Positions 32,930 to 43,601 of a DNA stretch of 64,000 nucleotides are shown one piece after another (the first letter of the stretch is position 1; each line of letters starts with the position of its first letter). Source of the DNA: Amphiscolops sp. MND2022 (taxonomy: Eukaryota); the NCBI GenBank assembly GCA_964187785.1, contig OZ076410.1, forward strand, positions 30,008,001-30,072,000, written 5' to 3'. Under the pieces are notes generated by a model, which did not search any database, had not been told where the DNA came from, and saw nothing but the letters and a program-made list of their open reading frames with translations. The translations under genes were made by a program, and so were the position numbers.

Positions 32930-34235
32930 TAATTTACCATTTGAAGCTTCTCATAGTTCTCTGGATTTATTCGAACGGTCTCCACTCTTGATCAATTTCG
33001 AGGCTTCATTCGAACAAAAAGTTGGACCACTCTATGCTCCTAATGGACCAACACTAGAATTTGAAGTTACTGGCGACCGGACAAACTTCATCGACCTGCA
33101 AAATATATACTTGGAGGTTAAATGTAGAATACTTCAAGCGAACGGCAATGACTTACGATATGACGCAGCAGCCGCAGCGAACAGTGATTTGCCATGTTTC
33201 GTTAACAACTCCCTTCATTCTCTTTTTGCAGATTGCAATGTTACAGCAGAAGGTGTTCAAATATCATCGTCAAACGGTAATTACGCTCATAAAGCGTTCT
33301 TAGAAACTGAATTCTCTCATAACCAAGAAGCAAAAAACACTTGGTTAAAATGTCAAGGTTACTGCTATGAGAAAACACCAAACAATTTTACCGATGAAGT
33401 CTTCACCAAGAGAGTGGCCGAGACACGACAGTCACAATCAATAACGCTCATTGGGAGAGTAGCGTCAGACTTCTTTTCTTGCGATAAATACCTACTCAGT
33501 GGTGTTACTCTACGCATAACCTTCCTGAGAAATCGGCCAGAATTCTGTTTAATTTATGATGCGGATGCAAAAGAATACAAGGTTGAAATATCGCAAGCCA
33601 ATCTTTATGTGCGAAAAATGACGGTCACTGAACAAAATTTTGCAGCAATTGAAACCACGCTGGCTAAAAGTAACGCGTTCTATCATTACACTGAAATTAT
33701 ACCGAAGACATTTCTCGTGTCAAAAGATAGCAGGAGCTGGAATCATGAAGACATTTTCAATCATGAACCCATCAGAAGATTTGCGCTGGCAATGGTAACA
33801 AATGAAGCTTTTCTCGGGGCGAAGACAGTGAACCCTTTTCATTTTCAAAAGTTCAACTTGCAAAGCATCACTGTATACAGAAACGGATACCCTATTGCTG
33901 GGACACCACTACAGACATAAAATGACAAAAAACTTTATCTCAATTCACTGGAAGCTCTTCAATTCAAAACCCATGGACATGGTGTTTCATTCGAAGACTA
34001 TGAAAATCATTATGTTCTAGTATTTGACCTGACAAGCACTCAACAGGCATCATATGATTATTTGTATCCCGAGTTGACGAACGCTTCGATATCTATTGAT
34101 TTGCGGTTCAAAGAAGACCTTCCTTCAAGCGTCGAACTTTTCTTCCTGGGTGAAAAAGCATCAACCATTTACGTCAACTCCGACCGTCAAGTTTCAAAAA
34201 ACAGACAACTTAAAACCAAAACTGAGACAAGATGA
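32919..34235 (+). pseudogene. Major capsid protein (double jelly roll, hexon-like) with one premature stop
   Basis: SSLDLFE, LEFEV...FIDLQNIYLEVK, NNSLHSLF, NPFHFQKFNL; TAA at 33918-33920, then the same frame continues (VLVFDLTS..YPEL...LFFLGE) to TGA at 34233-34235 (438 codons). Confidence 0.9.
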
Positions 34236-34663
34236 TTGGCGAAGTGGGACTGTGGGAGCTCATCAACAGATGCAAGTTTTTGAAATACAAGTTTGCAGGA
34301 GTGTACGCCGCCAATAACTTTCCAACGCGACTGGACCAAAATACCTTCGTTATTGTGAACTCTGACAACTCAGATGAAGCAGGCAGGCATTGGCTTCTCT
34401 ACTGTAAAAATACAGAGGACTATGCTTTCGGTGACCCCTTGGGACTACAACTCCGAAATTACCCAAACATTAACAAACGCTTAGCCTATGCTGATTTGAA
34501 CATAAAAGAACTCATAGATTATCCGCTCCAAAAGCCTACATCTAACCTATGTGGACTCTATTGTATATATATAGCGCACTATGCTTTAGGAGGCAGCTAC
34601 CTAACAATTCCTGTGATATCTGAGACAGAACTGATTCGATTTGTTGCACACATGCAACAGTAG
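34232..34663 (+). CDS. Adenain-like cysteine protease
   Basis: FAGVYAAN, IVNSD...GRHW (His), FGDPLG (Asp), LQ...SNLCGLYC (Gln/Cys); ORF intact. Confidence 0.9.
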   Translation: MIGEVGLWELINRCKFLKYKFAGVYAANNFPTRLDQNTFVIVNSDNSDEAGRHWLLYCKNTEDYAFGDPLGLQLRNYPNINKRLAYADLNIKELIDYPLQKPTSNLCGLYCIYIAHYALGGSYLTIPVISETELIRFVAHMQQ

Positions 34664-34835
34664 ATACTAACATATATGCACTAACTCAAACTTTTCAAGG
34701 AAACGGTCTTTGTAAATAACCTTTTTTCGTGTAAACTTCTGCTTACTTCATACTATTCTCAAATTATTCTCATTCATTGAAACTTTCATCTACTCTCGAA
34801 TAAAAATTTCAAAGCGCAAGAATTTGTTTTGAATT

Positions 34836-35413
34836 CTAAGATTGAAGTACAAAATGAATAGTATCAGTTCTGATTGATCCATTTCCTCTCACCAAAATGT
34901 CCATGATTGTTAGAAAAACAGATGAATGAGGTCCGTTCAGCAAAATACATAAACGATTCAGGAAATTCAAAGCACTTTCGGGCACTCGTTCAACTTTGTC
35001 GAATAACTTCAGGCATGGAATTTTTTCTTTGTTTTTCTTCGGGCGCTTGAAAAAACCATTTTCCCCCAATTTTTCATTGTAGTCAACAGCCAGCTGCAAC
35101 CTCAAGATGATCTCGCCGTTGCGTTTCAATTTTCGGCATTTATGCAACAGGAAGAAATATGTAGAATAGAGACAAGGCACAATGTGTCCACGTTCGTCAG
35201 ATTGACCACTGCGCGCAATTTCAAGAAGAAGATGATAATGCGGTGGTGAAAATTGACAGTAAAAATCATGTTCCTCGGAATGGAAGCCAAACACAAAGTT
35301 CACCGTAGACTTGAAGTCCTCTCCAATTTTTGGTTCAGTATACGAAACAAGAAAGCGAAAATCTTTTCGGAATTTTAGGAAAAACTCAGGAGTTCGCTCA
35401 ACCATTGCTTCCA
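34836..35413 (-). CDS. Hypothetical protein with an HUH-like motif
   Basis: Probable start MMEAM; contains FLVSY, FHSEEH.....PPHYHLLL and LYSTYF. Confidence 0.5.
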
Positions 35414-35554
35414 TCATTTTCCGACTGAAAAAAAGCTCTAGTTGATCGAGAGAAAATAATACCATCACACAAGAAAAACACTTGGTATAAACTAAAACAA
35501 AGACAAAAAGCGAACCCAAAGTAATGTAAATTATAAGCTTTTATACAAACGCTT

Positions 35555-35908
35555 TCAAATAGTACTAGAAGGTGACAATTTTTTAAATTTGGAAACGCCA
35601 GTAGCAATAATTTGTTTCTCGGGTCGCTTCAGGATTCCAACCACACATTCTTTCACAGGTTGTGGTCCCATGTTGATATTCTCCGAATTATTGATCAAAG
35701 CTTGAAACTCCGGTGCGGTTAGGGTAATGCGTTGGTCGATGTGAAATTCGCCATCAGAGCCCATTTTGAACAGCTTCAAGAAGATGTAAGTTCCGGTCGC
35801 TTCGTAGGTCTTCGTCGTGACTCTGATCAATCTCCTATCGGTTTTCGAAATATCGAGGAAACTGTCGCCAAATTCTTGGTCAGTAGTGGAAATAAAACGA
35901 CCGCTCAT
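35555..35908 (-). CDS. PC4-like (ssDNA-binding fold) protein
   Basis: IRVTTKTY...YIFLKLFK...RITLTAPEFQAL resembles the PC4 pattern (beta strands, I.L...EF..L helix). Confidence 0.55.
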   Translation of the reverse strand: MSGRFISTTDQEFGDSFLDISKTDRRLIRVTTKTYEATGTYIFLKLFKMGSDGEFHIDQRITLTAPEFQALINNSENINMGPQPVKECVVGILKRPEKQIIATGVSKFKKLSPSSTI

Positions 35909-36389
35909 TGCTTTTGAGAGATCAAATTGAAAACGGAATAATGATCACAACTGATTGCAAAATCTCGAAAGTGTAGAATAACCGCAGTTTTCAGGTAAAA
36001 AGAAGTTTACATTTAATGTTTGAGTTCAGATTTCACTTGTTAGCGTTGAGTCTAGACAAAGAAAACATTAAATGTTTACAAACAATAAAAATATCAAATA
36101 GTTTTCATCAAATTTTATGCTTTTCATACAGAGCAGAACAAAGTTAATCATTTTAATTGGCCAGCAATAAAAAATGACCTAAAATCAACTGTTTGTTTGT
36201 TAAACGTCTAGGAACTTTTCTGAAAAACAAATAAACGATGATGATTAATCGAAACTTTTCCGGTTTTAGATTCATTAAAACACAATTCGCTGTTATGAAA
36301 AGACGGTATTTAACTTGAAACTCAATCATCGAAGAACCATTCTGTCTTTCGGATCTTCATAATGAAATTCGACATACAAATTACTAACT

Positions 36390-37031
36390 GATTCCGACGA
36401 AGCTACACGATATACTCTGTATGAAACTTGGTTCAATAGAAAGATCACAATAGTTCTCGAACAAAAAATCGCTCATTCCTGGGAAGTGATTAATTCCCTT
36501 TCTGTGCCTAAAGCAGTCTTGAACGTTTTACAGACAGACACGAAACTTATGAGCCTCACCAAGGGGCTTCAAGGTGAAGAATCAGCTGATAAGAACTTCG
36601 ATCATAGCACTATTTATGATCGCTTCCAACTACCGCCTGAAGTCAGGAGAGTTTTATTCGAGCGGGACTGCGAGGAAATTCCCATGTCAGAGAATCAAAT
36701 GGGATACTTCAGTGACCTAGAGACCCTCGAATGGTTTTGGGAAATTGTTCAAGAATCTAGTCAAAGAAAAGAAGTGTCACCGCCATCCCCATTGAAGACG
36801 CCACCCCAAGAAGACAGCACTCAAGAGGGTGAAATGCTTTTGGAAGACGAACAAGAACCGCAGCGAATGGTTGAGCAGGCGGATGACAGCACTTTCATCT
36901 GCGAAACATCAGTCACACCAACAAGAAAACAGTCATCAGATGACGCATTGTGCCCACCAGCGCCAAAGAAGAGCAGGATTCCTAGAGTTAACCCATCCGA
37001 ACTGGAAACTTTAGATTTTTCACAGTTTTGA
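36390..37031 (+). pseudogene. Hypothetical acidic, Pro/Ser-rich protein (5' end disrupted)
   Basis: The open frame extends upstream of the listed ORF (RYTLYETWFNRK); disordered C-terminus with SPPSP, TP and PPAPKK. Confidence 0.5.
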
Positions 37032-37149
37032 CTTTCTTTTGAGTCATGCTTTTGATATCCTGAAAAAAAGTACCGCTTATGTATGCACAGTTTTGACTTT
37101 CTTTTGAGTCAAGCTTTTGATATCCTGAAAAAAGTACCGCTTATGTATG
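37021..37149 (+). repeat. 65/64-bp tandem duplication
   Basis: CACAGTTTTGACTTTCTTTTGAGTCA... at 37021 and 37086. Confidence 0.9.
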
Positions 37150-37432
37150 TGAGTGCTCAGGCTTCCAATTCTTTGAAAATATAATTTGCTTTCATATTGT
37201 TTTCGATTCAATAGCATACGAAAAGAAATAGTTCCAGCATGAAAGTTCCAAGAAACTCTAATATTTATAAGCAGGTTATTAATTTTCAGCAAAAAACAAC
37301 CAATCAGAGAGCAACAACAAAATCTAATTTGAACATAAACACTCAGCAAATTCATAACCTAAAATCAACGAATGATAGAACAATAAGTCTAATTGATTAC
37401 AAAAATTCAATTCTTAAAACTTAACTAGCGAA

Positions 37433-40400
37433 ATGCAGCGTTGTGATATCTGTACCAAAACATTTGCTAACCGACAAAACTTGAATCGCCACCGCAAAAA
37501 CATTCATGGCGTAAGGCGGAACGTCCAAGAAATATTTTGTAGTCTCTGCAACTTCAGATCGCAGTCACTGCTAGAAATGCAATCACACCTATCAACAGAG
37601 CACGAAGGAAACCCAGTTAGGGTTTGCGTTTACTGTAAAAAAGTCTTTATTCAAGAGAAGGAATTCAAAAATCATTTACACAGTGAACATTCTTTACCTG
37701 CGTCCCAACCAATTGATCCGTCTGAAAACATTCGAACGAAATCAGCGTTTAAAAACACGTTCCAAAGTTTTTACGTAGATGGTGATGGCAGCATTGACCT
37801 CATTCAATTCATGCTACAGAACGAGCTGATTGTTCGTCAAACTTTACTGGAAAATGCACAATGTTCGCCACTGAAAATGCAAATGAGTGCAAACATTCGA
37901 CTGCAGAAACCTGTCGAAGAAAATCCAGAAACAATAGAGATCCACTTGAACACGGAAATGAGAACTGTTTTCGCAGATGGGCTTTCCACCGAGGATTACT
38001 TCGATATGATTGACAACATGCTAGCTATTCTATGTTCCTTCACAGCTCATGGCAGCGGATGGGCTCTGGAAAAAATAAACCACCTCGAAGTGAAAATGGC
38101 GAAATTTACACCAGTCAGAGGCTCGTCTTACATTGCACTACCCGGTGAGTTACAAGGTCTTCGCAGCCTTTTGAATATACGCAATCATCGCGACAACAAG
38201 TGTTTCCTTTATTGCTTTACTGCCGCTTATCACTCACATCATGGCCCAGAACTTGAAACGGATACATGGCGAACAGTAACCAGTCCAACTCTCTATAGTT
38301 CTAACAACCCGTCAGCTCACCAAGCAAACGGGTTATACGACATGCCGATGGGCTTCAAAGATTTGCCGAGGTGTGAAAACTTGAACAGCGTGCAGGTTAA
38401 TATATTCAGATACGAAAAAAAGCAGCTCTACCCTCTCCGGTTATCCAAGCGAACAGACCATGGTTTCACAATGGACTTGCTATTGTTACAAGAGGACGAC
38501 GTCTACCATTATGTTTTGATAAAAAATTTATTGAATCTTGTGAATCACGTGAGACAACGTCGTCCCCGAACTGGAGACCTTATTTGCCGTAATTGTTTCC
38601 ATATCTGCACGCCAATCAATTACGAAAAGCACCGGGGTAATTGCTGTAAATTCGAACCTGCGGCTATTGAGATGCCATCCGAAGAACAAAAGAAAATAAA
38701 ATTTCAAAACCTCAGTGCCCGGGCCAACGCACCAGTGGTTATTTACTTCGACTTAGAATCGCTGATCGTTCCCACAAATGTGAGCCAGAATCAGGATAGC
38801 AAAACTCGAGTTTTAGAAAAGCATGAACCGTGCGGATTCTGTTTCGCCATAATTGAAGAAGGATCTGATCAACCTGCTTATCTATCGATCGACAGATCTG
38901 AATCATGTATGAAAAAACTGGCGCATCAACTCCAGTCAGTGGCCAGAGAAGTCTATCAACGGAAACAAAGCCATCGAGTCTTTCAGGGAAGACCACCTTA
39001 CACAAGTGATCAAGCAACAGAATGCTAGATTTGTTGCTCACCCTTTGTAGATGAGACAAAAGTGTTGGACCACTGTCATTATTCAGGCAAGTTCCTGGGA
39101 TACGCTCACAACCAATGTAATTTGAAGAGGAGAAGCACAAACTACGTGCCAGTTATAGCACATAATTCTTCAAATTATGATATTCATCATTTGTGTAAAA
39201 ACTTGCACGAATTTGACCCTGAATGCAAAGTTGACATTATCCCTTTGACAGACGAAAAGTACGTCACCTTGTCCATTGGCGTCAAAGTGAATTCTTTCAC
39301 TGATAAAAACGGCGTTACAAAGAATGTATACGAATATTTACGATTCATTGATTCGTATCGCTTCTTACCATCATCATTGGACAAATTGGTTAGTTACCTA
39401 CCACCAGAAAATTTCAAAATAATTGACACTTACTTTGAAAACTATCAACCTGTTGAAAAAGAATTATTGCACAAGAAAGGATTTTATCCTTACAATTACT
39501 TTACAAACTTTGATAAGTTTGCAGAGAAAGAGTTACCTCCCCTAAAGTATTGGACAAACAGCTTGAAGGGTAACGAAACATCTATTACTGAAACAGAGTA
39601 CGCGCATGCACAGAAAGTTTTTGCAATTTTCGGATGCCAATGTCTCGGAGATTATCATGATTTTTACCTAAAAAGCGACACATTGTTGCTGGCGTGCGTG
39701 GTGGAGGCATTCAGAAAACTTTGCTATGACACTTATAGTCTCGACCCTGTTCACTACTTCACGTCCTCACATTTGTCAGATGATGCATTCCTAAAAACAT
39801 GTAATGCTGATATCGAGCTGCTCACAGACAGAGAACATCTAGAAATGACAGAAAACATGATTCGAGGTGGTGTAGCATCAGTTTTCTCCAAGAGGTTTTT
39901 CAAAGCTAACAATAAATATCAAATGTCCTTCAATCCAGACGAAGAGTCGACTTTTGGGTTCCTAGTTGATGCCAACAACCTGTATGGCGGAGTGATGGAG
40001 AAATTACCTCTTCCATCGAAAGACTTCAGAAAAGTTAACGTCACGCTGGAACACGTTCTACAAACACCAATTGATTCTCTCGTTGGTTATATACTAGAAG
40101 TTGATTTGGAGTATCCTGATGCTCTACACGACCTTCAAGAGGATTTTCCTTTAGCTCCAACCAAAGAGATTGTTGACGGAGCCTTTCTTAGTGACTATCA
40201 GCTAAACATTCTAGAACGAATGGGCATGAAAAATGTGAAAACAGCCAAACTGGTACAAACGCTGAACAGCAAAAACAATTATACTCTACACTATTTAAAT
40301 TTAAAACTGTATGTAGAGCTGGGTCTAGTCGTTCGAAAAGTTCATCGAGTACTTCAATTTCAGCAATCCACTTGGTTGAAACCCTACATAGTGAAAAATA

Positions 40401-41557
40401 CGGAGAAGAGACAACAGTCAAACAACAAATTCGAGGAAAGTTTCTTCAAACTCATGAATAACAGCTGCTATGGAAAAACCTTGGAGAGTAAAAGAAACCG
40501 CGTAAATGTTCACCTGGTTAGAACTATACTAGCAGCTCAAAAGGCGGTTGATAAATCTCTGTTGAAAACATTCAAGATCTTCGACGAAAATCTTGCTGCG
40601 GTGACTCTGAAGCAGACCAAAATTTTTTGGAATAAACCAACAATCGTGGGAGCATGCGTATTGGAGCTAGCTAAATATCACATGTACAACTTCCACTACA
40701 AAGTCATGAAAAAGTTTTTCGATTGCCAGCTTGTCTATTCAGACACTGATTCCTTACTTTACGAAATAAATCACCCGGACTTGTACCAAGAACTGGTAGA
40801 AAACCATGAGCTAAAACAAAACTTTGACTTTTCGAATTATCCAAGAAATCACCTTCTCTTCAGTGACAATAACAAAATGGTAACTTTGCTTTTCAAAGAC
40901 GAAATGGGAGGAAAAATTATGGAAGAGTTTGTTGGCTTAAAGCCAAAGATGTATTCCATCAAGTTCGATGATGGTAAACAAAAATTGTCTGCCACGGGAG
41001 TTTCACGCTTCGCTCAAACATTATTGAAACATGACGTGTATAAAAACGTCCTCACAACGAATAACCTGATCCGAACAAACAACATAAGAATTGGTTCCCA
41101 TAACCATCAATTGGAGACAATTTGCAACAACAAAATAGCTTTATCCGCTTTCGATGACAAGCGATTCATTCAAGAAAACGGTATTCAGACCCTGCCTTTC
41201 GGTCACTATCTAATAAGAGACATCGCAGCTTTCAGAGAAATACTGCAAGATCCTGATTGGGGCGAAGAAGAAATGGTAGGAAGTCCTGAGTGGGACACTC
41301 TTTTGCGAGATTATGGACCGGAACATTTTGACGACAGATCAAACAGGACACTACCTGAGCAACGAACACCTCCGCCAAGATCAGCCCTGAACAGAACGCT
41401 AACACAGCTGAACGACAGTTGGTCACCGCCCGACCCTGGCTTTCATCAAGACGAATACACTGAGTCTGACTTGAATGAAGAAACCTTAGAAATCATGGCA
41501 GAAGTTATGGGAACCCACATTTCCGACTTTTATGCAACGTATGGAGAAGAAATTTAG
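37433..41557 (+). pseudogene. polB: Protein-primed family B DNA polymerase with N-terminal C2H2 fingers and an endonuclease-VII-like insert; one premature stop
   Basis: Same frame across TAG at 39026-39028 (C*IC...DHCH); YFDLES, HNSSNYD, YLKSD (exonuclease), DANNLYG, KLMNNSCYGK, YSDTDSL (polymerase); 1374 codons. Confidence 0.95.
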
Positions 41558-42199
41558 GGGCCTGTCAGAAATCCATACATACATGATGAGGCAGAAGAAA
41601 GTGAAGTGATTTCAATCGATCCGGTGGGAGAAGAGGAACAACCTTCAAGAAAACGACGACGACATGTGATCATACTGAGTTCTGACGATGATTCTCAATA
41701 GAACTTTTCCTGGACTTTCCTAACTACATATTTCATTCGGTTCTTGTCCAGTATTCATGATTTTGTTATTATTCATATCTGTTCAGTATCATAAAACTTG
41801 GCTGACATGTATTTTACGAGTTAGCAGATAGACACAACCACAAGAAATTCGCATACCTAAGCAAACATATTATTCAGGTATGTGTTCAAAGTAGGACAGG
41901 TTGAGGAGACAAGGAGAGACGCGATGACCCAGAAACGTGTAATAGGAGAGAAAAATTAACGCTGAAGCGAAGCAAGCGTAAACAAAAGCTTGCGAACTTT
42001 CAAGGTGTTCTCTAGAGGCATCATGTGTTGTTTTGTTTTGGTTATTCAACTGAAGAACCTATTCTAGTTGAAAGAAGACTAGTAAAAGTGAAAACTGAAA
42101 CATAGCTCGACCACTCATTGGCTGATGTGAGCCAGTAATGTTCATCGATTAAGATTTTAAGCAATCTATACTGTTGCCTCCGCTAAATTCATCATTTTT

Positions 42200-43000
42200 C
42201 TTTTCAAAAACCATGAAAAAAGTCGACAAAATTAAAAACCCAGCGTAGGGGGCTATACCCCCTAGGAAGTACATTCAATGCTGAATCGAATGGTACCAAC
42301 CCCCCACTCGTATCTTTACTATACGTGGAGAAATCGACGAAACATTTTTTGTAATTTTTCAAATTTTTAGTTTTTTTTTCAAAAACCATCAGAAAAAGTC
42401 GGGAAAATAAAAAACCCACCGTGGGGGGCTATACCCCCTAGGAAGTACATTCAATGCTGAATCGAATGGTACTAACCCCTTACTCGTATCTTTACTATAC
42501 GTGGAGAAATCGACAAAACATTTTTTGTATTTTTTTCAATGTTTTAGATTTTTTCAAAAACCATCAAAAAAGTCGGGAAAATAAAAAACCCAGCGTGGGG
42601 GGCTATACCCCCTAGGAAGTACATTCAATGTTGAAGCGAATGGTACCAACCCCCCACTCGTATCTTTACTATACGTGGAGAAATCGACAAAACATTTTTT
42701 GTATTTTTTTCAAAATTTTAGATTTTTTCAAAAACCATCAAAAAAAGTCGGGAAAATAAAAAACCCACCGTGGGGGGCTATACCCCCTAGGAAGTACATT
42801 CAATGCTGAATCGAATGGTACCAACGCCCCACTCGTCTCTTTACTATACGTGGAGAAATCGACAAAACAAATTCAAAAAATTTTTATTTTTTTTCCTTTT
42901 TTCAAAAAAATTTAAAAAAGTCTGGAAAATGAAACACCCAGCTTGTTGGGTTATATCCCGCTGGAAGCCCTTTTCATAACGAAGCGAATGGTACCACTTT
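42200..43000 (+). repeat. Subterminal tandem array of ~175-bp units (4 copies plus 1 degenerate)
   Basis: CTATACCCCCTAGGAAGTACATTCAATG at 42253, 42429, 42603 and 42778 (periods 176, 174, 175). Confidence 0.92.
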
Positions 43001-43509
43001 CATGTGTGTATCTTTCTTGTACGAAGAGAAATTAACAAAAATATTTTCAAAAAATACCAAAAATAATGATTTTTTCCCATTTTTTCCCTTAAAAAATCAA
43101 TGAAAAATGGGTAAAAACGTTTCTTATCCACAAAAAAACCCTCCACACCATGGTTTCTATGCACCAGAAGCCTAAAAAAACTCATAAAAAATTTTCCCGA
43201 TCGGGGTTCGAACCCGACCCCTACCGGGTTGCCACCCCAATAAAAGAGCTCGGAATGCCTTTTTAGGGCATTTTTAGGTCTTTTTAGGGCGCTAGGGCGA
43301 AAATTTCGGGCACCCCCTAGGGCGCCAGTATGGTAAAACCCCTTAGGTTTTTTGTCCGGGAAGCGGCGAACCCAAGGTGATTTTTAGTGCTCCCGTCCGC
43401 CCGCAAAGCGTGATTGTTCCCGTTGACTTAACCACTACGCCAACGGGCCATTGAAATCAATAATTTTTACTACTATATAAATAAACAAAACTGTCGTAAA
43501 ATTTTTATT

Positions 43510-43601
43510 ACGGTCGTAAAAATCAAGGATTAGACCCGTTGTTAACTGCCAAATCCCAAAGGACCACCCCCGTTGTGAACCCTCCCATCTTCCATACTAC
43601 T
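43510..43601 (-). repeat. Right terminal inverted repeat (92 bp)
   Basis: Reverse complement of 26685-26775 with one extra base; ends CCATACTACT. Confidence 0.97.

Larger units (their letters stand above)
26685..43601 (+). mobile_element. Full-length Maverick/Polinton (adintovirus-like endogenous virus), 16,917 bp, partly inactivated
   Basis: 5'-AGTAGT...ACTACT-3' ends, TIRs, 6-bp TSD TAGCAC (26679-26684 and 43602-43607), and the core gene set: ATPase, integrase, minor and major capsid, protease, pPolB. Confidence 0.97.

Noticed and set aside
42200-43000. CRISPR-like array
   Set aside because: Units are ~175-bp near-identical tandem copies with no unique spacers, there are no cas genes, and the context is eukaryotic.
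43203-43240. Pol III (VA-RNA-like) gene from GGTTCGAACCC
   Set aside because: The B-box match is a palindrome, and the only A-box-like sequence is ~9 nt away, too close for a type 2 promoter.
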